Positions 9,215 to 20,268 are shown, counted from the first letter of the stretch. The stretch is 64,000 nt of DNA from Candidatus Bathyarchaeota archaeon (GCA_963768425.1 CAVYHV010000008.1:152932-216931), one strand, 5' to 3'. Numbers and translations are program-made. Notes: generated by a model from the letters alone, not told the origin.

Positions 9215-10115
9215 CTACCGCTGTTTCTGTTGGGGTTCCGCGGATCCCGTAGTTGTCGTATGCGCTGTTCCAATAGACGATCCAGCAGCCTTTGAGCCCA
9301 ATGCTTTTGAAAAGATTTAGTCCACTGATGATGTAGTTGGTTTGGGCTGCGCTGTCGGTTGTTGACATGCCGAACTCGGTTATTACCACATTTTTATGGG
9401 TAATTTCATGCAGGTTTTGGATGAAAAGGGGCGACAAAACAAGGAATGAATTCATGTAGACGTCTAACCCTACGAAGCTGAGTTTTTGGCTGAACTCGAC
9501 TGGAATGTTGGTTCTCAGAACGTAGCCGATTCCGAAATTTGTATACAGCTCTGCAGAAAGGTGATGGGATTCAACGGTTGCTAAAATGTTGTTGAACGTG
9601 GAGATTATTTCGTCATCCGTAAACAGTGCGCCGATGTCCCAGCTGGAGGATGTTTCAGGTTCATTCATGATTTGGATGTAAGTCAAGTTTCCTCCCCAGT
9701 GGTCAATGTAGAAGTTAATGTCGTCGGTTGATTCATCGTTTGGTATGACCAGTGCAACGGCTAAACCGTAGTGGCTTGTTGCTTCGAAAAACATGTCTGT
9801 CTTCTGGTTTAGCGGATCAGTAGGGTACTGCGGGTCGCACTTAAAATTTATTCGTATGACTTTGAAGCCTAAATCATAAATCTGTGTAACTTGCCCGTAT
9901 ATATCGGTCAGGTTATCCTGCTCGTAAACGTAGTGTATGCCGACTTGGAAGGAGGAATTCGGGTTGCTGTGAGTCGACATATAATAGTCGTATGGATAGA
10001 AAAGCTCGATAAAGACGAACATAACGCATAGCGTAATAACAATGAGGTTTTTAATCAAGCTCTTGTTAGTAAAGCTGGTTAAACCTTGAACGAGGTTCGA
10101 AAGGGGCTTCCCCAT
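9186..10115 (-). CDS. Membrane-anchored clan GH-A-like glycoside hydrolase (TIM barrel)
   Basis: N-terminal TM; LGFKVIRI, IMNEP (acid/base Glu), ITEFG (nucleophile Glu), YW..YGI. Confidence 0.7.
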   Translation of the reverse strand: MGKPLSNLVQGLTSFTNKSLIKNLIVITLCVMFVFIELFYPYDYYMSTHSNPNSSFQVGIHYVYEQDNLTDIYGQVTQIYDLGFKVIRINFKCDPQYPTDPLNQKTDMFFEATSHYGLAVALVIPNDESTDDINFYIDHWGGNLTYIQIMNEPETSSSWDIGALFTDDEIISTFNNILATVESHHLSAELYTNFGIGYVLRTNIPVEFSQKLSFVGLDVYMNSFLVLSPLFIQNLHEITHKNVVITEFGMSTTDSAAQTNYIISGLNLFKSIGLKGCWIVYWNSAYDNYGIRGTPTETAVGDWIAKNAK

Positions 10116-10891
10116 GGCTTATGTTGTCTCTGTATCGCCTTTTAAGTTTTAATTAACCAAAAGCAAAAAACCAGTCAAGGAAAAGCTGATCAGCCGGGGT
10201 TTCGGGAAAAGTAATTAATTTATTAAATGTTTTTTCCAACTTTTTGAGTAACCATCAAGTTGGATGTCAAGCGTAAACAAGTCAAACATAGCTTCTACTG
10301 TTCATGCGAGAAACTTGAACCTGAGCTAACTTAGTTTTGGCAGCATCAAACCTTTTCCAAGCTTGTGCGTTGTAGAAATATGGTTTTTTAGTGTGAATTG
10401 CAGTTTCATAATATTTTAGTTGTTTTTCATATGTAATACCTTTCTGATGTCAAATGAAAAGAAAAAAGAAGATGTCTGAAACTAAATTGTCTGATGAAGA
10501 AGACTTAGTTTCATGGGTTGTCGAGGAAGTATTGATAAAGCACTCGACTAAACTCGACTAAGGCTAAAACTGCCATAAGAGAAAGATAACCTCCTTATTG
10601 AAAAAACGGCTAAAGTCGTAATAAATGTCAAAAAGGTCAATAAGCTAAAGTGCTTTAAATCTAATTTCACTACGCGACACGTTAAAATATCATTCTTTCT
10701 TAGCGGTGTGTGGCTTTGCATTGAAGTATTTTGGTTTATCTAGTATTTCTGCAAAAGTTTTCGTTAGGTGTCCCATTTCTCATATTTCCCCATATTGGAT
10801 GTATATCGAAGAAACTAAACCAAAAACACGTACAATTATCCATTAAAGGTTTAAATAAAACTTTTCGACCAGAAAGAAATAAGGATTAAGA

Positions 10892-11248
10892 ATGAAGGAC
10901 AAAAAATTGGAAAAGATTCACTTTGCACTTGATGCACAGTTACCAATAGTCTTGTTTTCTAAAGTTGTTGAAACACTAGCCAAACTACCTAAAGAAGTTC
11001 AGAAATTCGTTGTTGAAAATGTTCAATTTATCGAAGGTCGCGCAAGCACAATTCGCAAAGAACAAATTAGTGAAAAACCCTTCCTTATTATTTTGCGAAA
11101 TAATAATTCTGAATTCACTATCGCACATGAAGTTGCTCATGCATGGCTAAACCATGACGATAAAGAAGCAGATATTGACAATTCCATATCTGACAAAAAT
11201 CAGAAAGAAGCAAATCAATTAGCTAAAAAGTGGTTAAAATCCTCATGA
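10892..11248 (+). CDS. Small HExxH zincin metallopeptidase-like protein (ImmA/IrrE-like)
   Basis: FTIAHEVAHAWL...EANQLA; located in AT-rich DNA. Confidence 0.6.
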   Translation: MKDKKLEKIHFALDAQLPIVLFSKVVETLAKLPKEVQKFVVENVQFIEGRASTIRKEQISEKPFLIILRNNNSEFTIAHEVAHAWLNHDDKEADIDNSISDKNQKEANQLAKKWLKSS

Positions 11249-11639
11249 ATCAACAAATCGGTTTCTCGACTGCATGTTGATGGGTTAAGATCTTAAAGTC
11301 GTAACGATTAAGGGCTGTTTTTGGAATAACCGGAAACTTGGCAGAATTAAAGACTATATCCCGAAAGAACTTTATGTTAAAAAGCACGGTATCGGTAAAA
11401 AGTCAAAGTTTCGTTTCATAATCAGGTCCATTAAAAATTAGATTATTGTTCGGTTTTAGGTAAAGTTTAAGTTCTGTTTGAAATAAAGTGAGATCGTCTC
11501 TAAAATGTACTCGATAGCCTTTTTTGAGAGAGTGCGGGAAAAACTTTGCATTTATCAATTAATCAAACTAAACGGAAAATTCTATCTAAAGAAGCCACTG
11601 ACTTATACTTTAAGAGACTATGGCCCAAGAAGTGTCAGC

Positions 11640-13193
11640 ATGAAGCGCCTCACATGCATCCTCCTAATTGTGGCGATTCTGTTAAACGGGATATTTCTTG
11701 GACAGAAAACTCATGCGCAAATCCCTTCAAACGTGACAATAACCAGTAACACGGAATGGACAATAGCTCAAAGTCCAATAATTTTTAACGGAACCGTAAT
11801 GGTGAACAGCAATGTCACCTTAACGATTGATCCCGGTGTAACAGTAAATTTGGAAACGTATGGTTTGACGATATACGGTACGTTAACTGCTCAGGGCAAC
11901 GTAAACAATCAAATCACATTTACATCTGCCACCATCAACGTGACTGAACAAACCGGTTCCCAGACCATACAAGTCCTTCCAAGCGATCCGATCTATTTTG
12001 GACAAGAAAGCACTTCTTGGAACGCCGCAACAAACTCAGGGTCGATTATTCAAAACGCCGTCTTAAACGGAGTAAGCGTTAATTTGGACGGCTCATCGCC
12101 GGAAATAGACAGTTGCGTTTTTAATTATGCAACACCCTATGAGCCGACTATCAGCATCGGCGCGGGTTCACCTCAAATATCCAACAACATCATAAACTAC
12201 AACATCCAAAACTACGGTTACGGCGCCAACATCCTGAGCGTTTACGACGGGACCCCGCTCATAACCAACAACCAGTTTGAAGGATCCTTCTCTGGCACAA
12301 CAAATACAGGCATAGAAGTGAATTTGGGAGCCCCAACAATAGCCGGCAACACTTTCGCGGCACAATACTGCAACAACAGCGACGCTATAAGAGTAACTTC
12401 AGGTACCCCGCAGATAAGTAACAACCAGTTTGAAGGAAACGGATACCTCACAGGCATCTATGACTCCTCCAACTCTGCCTTCACCATTTTCAATAACATG
12501 TTTGCAAACTGCTTCACTGGAATCAGCGCTCAAGCTCCAAGCAACTTAATCGTTCAAGGCAACACTTTCTCGAAAGGAACTGATGGAATAGACATTTTCA
12601 CTGGAGCATCACTGGCCATAACCGATAACTTGATTGATAGCAATTCGCGGTACGGAATCAACGGGGGCGGAACCATCGGTTCCAACACAATCACCAACAA
12701 CCAAATAGGAATACACAATCCGTCAACAGGCATCATCAGCAACAACAACATAGTCGGCAACACCGAAAACAGCATAACCGCCACTACCGCAAACATTGAC
12801 GCGCAAAACAACTGGTGGGGAATAGCTGATACAGCCACAATTAACCGCACAATCTACGACACGAAAATCGATCCCCACCTCGGGACAGTCCTGTTTGTTC
12901 CATTTTTGACTCAACCGAATTTATCGGCGCCAGCCATCCCAAGCGGAACACCAACAATTACACCCGTTCCGAAAACGCAGGCTCAAACACCACAGCCAAC
13001 TGCAGAACCCATTTTTACACCGACGTCTACGCCGGATCAATACTCCCAGACGTTCGCTTACCAGGTAGGCGATATCATAAACCTTAATCTAATAACCACC
13101 GCCACAGCGGTCGTGTTAGTCGTCGCATGGGTGATTGTTATTTTAGGGTACGCAACAAAAAGTGTCATTTCGAAAAATAAGGCTAGGAAATAA
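11640..13193 (+). CDS. Secreted right-handed parallel beta-helix (NosD/pectin-lyase-like) surface protein with PT-rich linker and C-terminal TM anchor
   Basis: Signal peptide from ATG 11640; repeated P-x-I-x-N-N-x-F coils; NNWWG; TPT linker; C-terminal TM. Confidence 0.8.
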   Translation: MKRLTCILLIVAILLNGIFLGQKTHAQIPSNVTITSNTEWTIAQSPIIFNGTVMVNSNVTLTIDPGVTVNLETYGLTIYGTLTAQGNVNNQITFTSATINVTEQTGSQTIQVLPSDPIYFGQESTSWNAATNSGSIIQNAVLNGVSVNLDGSSPEIDSCVFNYATPYEPTISIGAGSPQISNNIINYNIQNYGYGANILSVYDGTPLITNNQFEGSFSGTTNTGIEVNLGAPTIAGNTFAAQYCNNSDAIRVTSGTPQISNNQFEGNGYLTGIYDSSNSAFTIFNNMFANCFTGISAQAPSNLIVQGNTFSKGTDGIDIFTGASLAITDNLIDSNSRYGINGGGTIGSNTITNNQIGIHNPSTGIISNNNIVGNTENSITATTANIDAQNNWWGIADTATINRTIYDTKIDPHLGTVLFVPFLTQPNLSAPAIPSGTPTITPVPKTQAQTPQPTAEPIFTPTSTPDQYSQTFAYQVGDIINLNLITTATAVVLVVAWVIVILGYATKSVISKNKARK

Positions 13194-13333
13194 AGAACCC
13201 ATTTTTCGCCTTTATATTTGCGCAGAAAATCAAAGTTGGCCCTTTTTTGCTACGGCGAAAGAGGTGTCCTTTTTTGTTCTCGGTAATGCTTTTCAATAAG
13301 TGATTTAATACTTCATGTAAAGGTGTATGATAA

Positions 13334-14134
13334 TTGAACGTGGCGAAACCAGTAATCCTGAAAATCGGCGGCTCAGCCATCACCGACAAAACGGTTGAGG
13401 CTTCTCCGAAAACAGAAATCATAAACCGTTTGGCGGAGGAAATCAAGCGGGCAGATCTTGACAACCTAATAATCGTGCACGGCGGCGGAAGCTTCGGTCA
13501 CCCAGCCGCAGCGAAGTACGGCTTAAAAGATGGGTACAAAGAGGATCCAACGCAGAAACTCGGTTTCGCGGAAACCCACCACATGATGACCGTTTTGAAC
13601 GGGCTGGTTATGGACGCGCTTATTTGGCATGAAGTCCCCGCTATCAGCATTGCACCCTCCTGCAGCTTCATCACTGAAAACGGGAAAATCAAGTTTTTCG
13701 ACGATTCAGTGCTCCAGGCAATGACTAAAATGAACTTTACTCCTGTCCTATACGGCGACGCAGTTTTAGACGAAAAACTAGGTTTCACAGTTGTTTCAGG
13801 CGACCAGCTGGTTGCTTACTTAGCAATCAGGTACAAGGCACAAAAAATCGTCATAGGCGCCGACACAGACGGCTTATTTGACGCTGACCCCAAAACTAAC
13901 CCGAACGCTAAGCCATATAAGCATTTAACGTTAGCCGAGCTGAAGCAGATTCAGCCTAAACTTGGAAAAGCAGCGGGCACAGACGTAACAGGCGGCATGG
14001 CAGGAAAAATCGCCGAGCTCATCCCAGCAATCGAGCAGGGAGTTCACGTTACCGTGACGGGAGCCACTAAGGGATTATCTATCTTCCGAGCTTTAACAGA
14101 CCAAAGTGTTTTAGGTACGGAAATCGAGAAGTAG
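13334..14134 (+). CDS. Isopentenyl phosphate kinase
   Basis: LKIGGSAITDK, VHGGGSFGHP, PVLYGD, SGDQL, DVTGGMAGK. Confidence 0.92.
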   Translation: MNVAKPVILKIGGSAITDKTVEASPKTEIINRLAEEIKRADLDNLIIVHGGGSFGHPAAAKYGLKDGYKEDPTQKLGFAETHHMMTVLNGLVMDALIWHEVPAISIAPSCSFITENGKIKFFDDSVLQAMTKMNFTPVLYGDAVLDEKLGFTVVSGDQLVAYLAIRYKAQKIVIGADTDGLFDADPKTNPNAKPYKHLTLAELKQIQPKLGKAAGTDVTGGMAGKIAELIPAIEQGVHVTVTGATKGLSIFRALTDQSVLGTEIEK

Positions 14135-14138
14135 CAGT

Positions 14139-15240
14139 ATGGCTGAAGAAACGCAGAGCCGCAAGGCAGATCACATAAGGATTTGTCTTGAACAAAAAGC
14201 CCAAGCAAAAAAAGCCACCGCGGGCTTTGAAGACATCCAGTTCATCCACCGCGCCCTCCCGGAACTTGACCGAGAAAAAATCAGCCTAGCCACATCTTTC
14301 TTTGGCAAAAAACTCTCAGCGCCAATAATCGTCGGAGCTATGACAGGCGGAACACGAGAAGCCAAAAAAATCAATGCTTCAATAGCGCAAGCTGTCGAAG
14401 AACTGCATTTGGGCATGGGCGTAGGAAGCCAAAGAGCAGCCATCGAAAACGAAAAACTCGAACTCACCTACGCAGTTGCACGCAAAAAAGCGCCAACCGC
14501 CTTCCTAATCGCGAACATCGGCGGAGTCCAACTTGCACACGGGTACGGGTTGAAAGAGGCGAGGAAAGCCGTGGAAATGATCGAGGCGAACGCGTTGGCT
14601 ATCCACATGAACCCTCTGCAGGAAGCAATCCAACCCGAGGGACAAACCAACTTCCAAGACGTCCTATCAAAAATCGGAGAAATCGTCGCTGACTTAGATG
14701 TGCCTGTAATCGTTAAGGAAACGGGCTGCGGCATTTCTGCGGAGGACGCGAAAGCTTTGGAGGCGGTAGGCGTAAAAGCTATTGACGTCGGCGGGGTCGG
14801 CGGGACAAGTTTCGCGGCGGTTGAATTTTATCGTGCAGTCGGCGGGAAAAAGACGGACGAATTGTTTTGGGATTGGGGAATCCCAACAACTGTGAGCCTG
14901 ATTGAAACAACCCAAACAGTAAAAATCCCTGTTGTTGCTTCAGGTGGAGTACGAAACGGCATTGACGTTGCAAAGTCTATAGCGTTAAACGCAAGTCTTA
15001 GCAAGCCTATCCCAGCCTGTGCTTGAAGCTGCCGTTAAAGGAGCCCAAGAAACCCAAAAGCTGCTTTCCTGCTTAATCAATGATCTGCGTAACGTCATGT
15101 TTCTTGTCGGCGCCAAAAACATTGAATCCCTCGCGAAGGTGCCAGCGGTAGTGACGGGAAAAACCGCGGAGTGGCTTAATATCAGAGGATTCGATACTGC
15201 AATTTACGCTCAGAGGAGACCCGTGACGTTTGAATATTGA
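14139..15240 (+). CDS. fni: Type 2 IPP isomerase (frameshift near 14998)
   Basis: RKADHI, AMTGG, GVGSQRAA, NPLQEAIQPEG, VKETGCG, ASGGVR; the C-terminus continues in ORF 15019-15240. Confidence 0.92.
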
Positions 15241-16299
15241 AAAGTTTCTTGAAGAAAAGGCCCGTTAATTGACAAGGCCATCGAAAAATACGTTCCGAGA
15301 AAATTTACTGAAGACTCGCTTCTTTTCAAAGTTGACCCGCCTGCATACAGCTACAACCTGCAACCTCTCAACAAGGCGATTGCGGATCCGATTTGGGACA
15401 TGCTGGACCGAGGCGGAAAAAGATGGCGTCCAGCTCTTTTCTTGCTAATATGCGAGGCGCTTGGCAACAGCTCTGACTACTGCTTAGACTTCTCTATTAT
15501 TCCGGAAGTCATACACAACGGCACCTTGGTAGTTGATGACATTGAAGACGCCTCAGAGCTTCGCCGAGGCAAACCATGCACCTACAAAATCTTCCAAATG
15601 GACATAGCCGTCAACGCGGGAAATGCCATGTACTACCTTCCCCTTTTGCCGTTGATGCTGCAGAGATCAGACATTACAGCTGAAATGCAGCGGGACGTTT
15701 ACGAAGTCTATGTTCAAGAAATGATTAATCTCAGCTTGGGACAAGCCATGGACATAGCGTGGCACAGAGGGTTAGCCAACGCTGACCAGCTTCGCGAAGA
15801 GGATTACCTGCAGATGTGCGCTTACAAAACAGGTACTCTTGCACGAATGGCAGCGAAAATGGCTGGGGTTCTAGCTGGCGCAAACAAGCCACTCGTAGAA
15901 AAACTTGGACGTTTAGCCGAAAGCATCGGGGTAGCGTTCCAGATGCAAGATGACATTTTAGATTTGACCGGAGTCGATTTTGCAAAGAAGAAAGGCGGAG
16001 TCGGACAAGACATCACCGAGGGCAAACGAACCCTGATGGTCATTTACACAATAGGAAAAGCCAACGCAACCGACAAGAAACGGCTTATCCAGATCCTTAA
16101 CATGCATACCTCCGAACAGGCGCTAAGGGACGAAGCCATTGCCCTATTGAAGAAGTACGACGCCATACAACACGTCAAACGCACAGCGGAAAAAATGGTT
16201 GAGGAAAGCTGGACCGAAACTGAAAAATTGCTGCCTACACCTCTGGCTAAGGAAAAATTAAAAGCGTTCGCTGAATTCTTGATTAAAAGAAACAAGTAG
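15230..16299 (+). CDS. Geranylgeranyl diphosphate synthase (frameshift near 15260)
   Basis: GGKRWRP, DDIED..RRG, GQAMD, YKTG, FQMQDDILD, DITEGK; N-terminus LNIEKFLEEK from TTG 15230. Confidence 0.9.
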
Positions 16300-16317
16300 T
16301 GAGCGAGCGTAACCGGT

Positions 16318-18069
16318 TTGGCATTAGAAAAAAATAACGACTTAAAAGAGCTTGTTCGGAAAGCCGCTTTGTTAAACGCTGTCTCTCATGATGGCAAAGC
16401 TCAAGCAGGCGCTTTAGTCGGTAAGATTCTCGGCGAAAGAGCTGACCTGCGATCAAAGGTGAAGGAGCTTTCAGGCGTTATCAACACAGTTGTAGGCGAA
16501 GTCAATAGTCTCACGTTAGCAGAGCAGAAAGCAATTGTTGAGACGAATTGGCCTGAAACCCAAAAGAAAGAGAAAGCAGAAGAGAAGCATCTTTCCCCTT
16601 TGCCCAACGCCGAAAAGTATCCTTTGATTGTGACTCGTTTCTCCCCAAACCCTGACTGCGTCCTGCATTTGGGTTCTGCAAGAGCTATCCTTCTCAGTCA
16701 CGAATACGCACGCATCTACAAGGGCAAATTCATCCTGCGCTTCGAAGATACAGACCCCAAAGTGAAGAGGCCGTCGCTGGTTTTCTACGACAGCATCAGA
16801 CAAGATTTGATGTGGCTCGGTTGCAAAGTCGACGAAGAATACATCCAAAGCGATCGGCTCCCAATCTATTATGAATACACAGAACGACTCATTGGAGACG
16901 GCAACGCCTACATCTGTGAATGCCCCTCTGAGGAGTTCCGCAAAAAAACCTTGGAAAAACATGCCTGCCCATGCCGAAATGTACCTGCAAAAGACCAGTT
17001 GGAACGCTGGAAACGCATGTTAAACGGCAGCTACGCCGAGGGGCAAGCAGTTGTACGAGTAAAAACGGACATTGAACATCCCAACCCAGCCGTCAGAGAC
17101 TGGCCAGCCCTAAGAGTTGTTGACACAAAAAAGTATCCCCATCCAAGAGTAGGAAGCAAATACATCGTTTGGCCTCTCTACAATTTGGCAGCAGGCTTAG
17201 ACGACCACCTGATGGGGATGACCCACATCATCCGAGGCAAGGAACACTACACCAACATGGTGCGCCAAAAATACATGTACCAACACTTGGGCTGGGAATA
17301 CCCTGAAGCGATACATTACGGCAGGCTAAAAATCACAGGCGCATTCCTGAGCAAATCAAAAATTGTTCAAGGAGTAAAAGACGGCACGTACACAGGCTAC
17401 GATGATCCGCGGCTTGGAACCTTCGCCGCCTTGAGGAAAAGAGGCTTCACACCCGAAGCTATCAAAAAAATGATAATAGACGTCGGCACAAAACCAAACG
17501 ACGTCACCCTAAGCTGGGAAAACCTGTTTTCATACAACCGCAAAATCCTTGACGCTGCAAGCAACCGGTACTTCTTCGTTGCTGAACCTATTGAACTTAA
17601 TGTTCTAAACTTGCCGAAAACCTTCCAAGCAAAGCTTCCTCTGCACCCTGAAAAGCCTGAACGCGGCTTTAGAGAATACACAATCGCTCCCGAAGGCGAG
17701 GGTCAACAGACTAGATTCTGGGTCTCAAAGAAGGACACCGGGGCGCTAGAAACTGGCAAAGTTGTGAGGCTGATGGAACTCTTCAACGTCAAAGTCGAAG
17801 CTAAAACAGCCGACACCTTGACAGCGTCGTTCGCTAGCGAGTCATATGAGGATGTGAGAAAAATTAAGGTTCAGCTTATCCAGTGGATTCTCAAAGACGC
17901 AGAGTACCCTTGCCAAGTTGTTATGCCTGACGCTTCAGTTGCCGAGGGATATGCCGAAAGCGCCTGCAAAAAGTTAAAGCCTGACGCCATAATACAGTTT
18001 GAACGTTTCGGATTCACCAGAATCGACCAGGTAAACGAAAAAATGGTCGCTTATTACGCTCATAAATAA
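16318..18069 (+). CDS. gltX: Glutamyl-tRNA synthetase
   Basis: TRFSPNPD..HLG, LRFEDTDP, THIIRGKEH, LSKS, QFERFGF. Confidence 0.96.
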   Translation: MALEKNNDLKELVRKAALLNAVSHDGKAQAGALVGKILGERADLRSKVKELSGVINTVVGEVNSLTLAEQKAIVETNWPETQKKEKAEEKHLSPLPNAEKYPLIVTRFSPNPDCVLHLGSARAILLSHEYARIYKGKFILRFEDTDPKVKRPSLVFYDSIRQDLMWLGCKVDEEYIQSDRLPIYYEYTERLIGDGNAYICECPSEEFRKKTLEKHACPCRNVPAKDQLERWKRMLNGSYAEGQAVVRVKTDIEHPNPAVRDWPALRVVDTKKYPHPRVGSKYIVWPLYNLAAGLDDHLMGMTHIIRGKEHYTNMVRQKYMYQHLGWEYPEAIHYGRLKITGAFLSKSKIVQGVKDGTYTGYDDPRLGTFAALRKRGFTPEAIKKMIIDVGTKPNDVTLSWENLFSYNRKILDAASNRYFFVAEPIELNVLNLPKTFQAKLPLHPEKPERGFREYTIAPEGEGQQTRFWVSKKDTGALETGKVVRLMELFNVKVEAKTADTLTASFASESYEDVRKIKVQLIQWILKDAEYPCQVVMPDASVAEGYAESACKKLKPDAIIQFERFGFTRIDQVNEKMVAYYAHK

Positions 18070-18073
18070 GGGG

Positions 18074-18385
18074 ATGAATAAGATGAAAAAACTCGACAAA
18101 GCAATAATTTGGCCGATTTACTTTGACGCCAACAAAACCAGAAGAAACGGGCGCCGGGTCGCTAAGAACTTAGCTGTGCAGTCGCCGAAAATCGATGAAG
18201 TTAAAATAGCAGTTGATAGGCTGGGATTAAAGAACGAGGTAAGGCTTGAAGCTCACTTCCCAAGGATACCTTGGGCGAAGACCGGAATGTTGCTCGTTGA
18301 AAAGAAAGAGGCAAAAGAAAAAATAATTCAGAAAATCGCGAAACAACTGGTAAAGATGAAAAATGCTACTGTGAAAACGCAGTAG
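18074..18385 (+). CDS. srp19: Signal recognition particle 19 kDa protein
   Basis: IWPIYFD...RRNGRRV..P. Confidence 0.92.
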   Translation: MNKMKKLDKAIIWPIYFDANKTRRNGRRVAKNLAVQSPKIDEVKIAVDRLGLKNEVRLEAHFPRIPWAKTGMLLVEKKEAKEKIIQKIAKQLVKMKNATVKTQ

Positions 18386-18386
18386 A

Positions 18387-18786
18387 TTATGCTTTTTCTT
18401 TTCTCGGTATCAGAACCGCGTTGATTATGCCGTCGTTTCCCGGGCGGCTGCTAACCTTTGCTAAGCCTATATGTAGTTTCGATTTCTGCGCCTTTAGTTA
18501 TAACGCCTCTGCGGTTGTAATCAACATTTGCCGCGTTGCGGACGACACGGGTTATTTCGGTTTTCTGTGTTTTTCCCGTTTTAGGGTCGGTTACTGAAGC
18601 GAATTTGTCACTTAGAACTTTCACTTTGGTGTTGCCGCCCATGCCTCGGGTGGTTTTCCTTTTAGGTTCGCCGAGGATTGTTTCCGCTGGGAACCCGCCT
18701 TCCTCGTATTTTTTCTTTACTCGGTAGGCTCGTTTTTTGCCGCCTGAACGTTTTCTTTTGCGTAAGGTGCCATGCCAGACTGACAT
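18387..18786 (-). CDS. rps8e: 30S ribosomal protein S8e (frameshift near 18470)
   Basis: RKRSGGK, RRGVITKGAEIET; second frame gives GLAKVSSRPGNDGIINAVLI. Confidence 0.95.
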
Positions 18787-18980
18787 TTTCTACATTTCCT
18801 ATGAATATTTTATCGCGTAGTCACTAAAACAGTAAATTTCCATATAAACGTATCCGTCTGACTCCTCGCTCTGCTGATTGTTTTCCTTCAAAGGCTTCTT
18901 TGGGCTATGATTGATTTGCAAGAAATCCTAAGCCGAAGCCTTCGAGCATCTCAGCTGTGGCGTTTCGCCGTTTCTTGAGG

Positions 18981-19580
18981 TTACGTTCCAAGGTCGTCTT
19001 TTAGTGCCTCGCCGAATATTCGCTTTAGGTCTTTCTTCATCAGGGTAATGTCATGCGTTAGTCCGAAGTAGTCGGCGAAGTAGTCTGTTGTCCTCAAAGC
19101 CATAGAGCGCCCGCTTCTCTCCGAAATGATTAGTCCCATCTCCTTAAGCAGCTTCACATGCCCATACGCGTGTTGTCCACGCACGTCAATCACCCTTTTC
19201 TGTGAAATAGGCTGACGTAAAGCGATGTACGAGAGCGTTTTTAGCGGTCCTGAGGACAGCAACGGCTTATTCACTAGCTTCTTGATCAAAGGGGTAAACT
19301 CCGCCTTAACCTGCAGTACATAGCGTTCGTCTTTCAGCGCCAGTATTTCAAGCGACGTATTCCGCGCCGTGTACTCTCTCCTGAGAAACTCAGCGTACTT
19401 TTGCGCTTTCTTTTTGCTGCGGCTGCCTATCACCTGGCACAACTCGTTAAGGTCCAGTGGGCGACCAGCAATGTAAAGCGCCGCCTCCAATAAGGCAACG
19501 CAGTGAGATTGCCGCTCCGCCTCATGAGCTTGCTCTCCTTCAGGGTTCAGTTCAGTTTCTTGTTCCTTCGGCTTTTCCAA
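18981..19580 (-). CDS. scpB: SMC-Scp complex subunit ScpB
   Basis: LEAALYIAG, KTLSYIALRQPISQ..VRG, TTDYFADYFGL. Confidence 0.92.
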   Translation of the reverse strand: MEKPKEQETELNPEGEQAHEAERQSHCVALLEAALYIAGRPLDLNELCQVIGSRSKKKAQKYAEFLRREYTARNTSLEILALKDERYVLQVKAEFTPLIKKLVNKPLLSSGPLKTLSYIALRQPISQKRVIDVRGQHAYGHVKLLKEMGLIISERSGRSMALRTTDYFADYFGLTHDITLMKKDLKRIFGEALKDDLGT

Positions 19581-20268
19581 CGTTCAGTTTCCCCACAGCA
19601 ATGTATAATTCTTCAGTTTCCTCATTCTGCCACAAACTAACCAACCCATCCTGCGCCAGAAACAGCAGGTAAATGAAAGTTCGCAACGCCTCAATTCTGG
19701 TCATCGATTTGGTGAGGGTTGAGAAATCAATTATTCCTGAACCTCCAAGTTTGTCTGTTAAGAGAGCGTATAAATTGTTGATTTGCAGCTCGATTTCGGC
19801 AATGAACTGATCGAACTGCGGAAGCAAATCAGTTACAGAAGGCAAAATCGGGTGCTGCTCAACCACATGGTTCAAGTTAAGCAATCGCTCGCCTTTGAGC
19901 ACATCGTCTAAAACTTCAAGCAGATGCTGGATGGTTGTTGACGTCAATTCGTGCCTGAGCGGGAGAAACAGCGGCGGCGGAACATAATCCGTGGGAACCC
20001 GAGGCGGCGGCGCAGGCGCTTCTTGCAACGTAAGCAATAGCTTAGACTTCATCAAGTAAATTAGGGCAGAAGAATCTAAAGCGACGCCTGACGCTCGGAA
20101 ATCGGTTTTGTCCGTTCGCTCCATTTCAGCAAGGAACGACCGCAGGAGGTAAGCGATATTAACGTTCCAAGGTGTAAGTTTTTCAAGTTTGCTGATTTCA
20201 AACAGGATGTTCCAGGGCGGACGCAGATAGAACGGCTTCCTAATGGGGGCTGGTGTTTCTGCAGCCAT
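19552..20268 (-). CDS. scpA: Kleisin ScpA
   Basis: PWNVNI, FRASG.ALDSSA..Y.MKS, FIYLLFLAQDG.V.L.Q; lies between smc and scpB. Confidence 0.85.
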   Translation of the reverse strand: MAAETPAPIRKPFYLRPPWNILFEISKLEKLTPWNVNIAYLLRSFLAEMERTDKTDFRASGVALDSSALIYLMKSKLLLTLQEAPAPPPRVPTDYVPPPLFLPLRHELTSTTIQHLLEVLDDVLKGERLLNLNHVVEQHPILPSVTDLLPQFDQFIAEIELQINNLYALLTDKLGGSGIIDFSTLTKSMTRIEALRTFIYLLFLAQDGLVSLWQNEETEELYIAVGKLNVGKAEGTRN

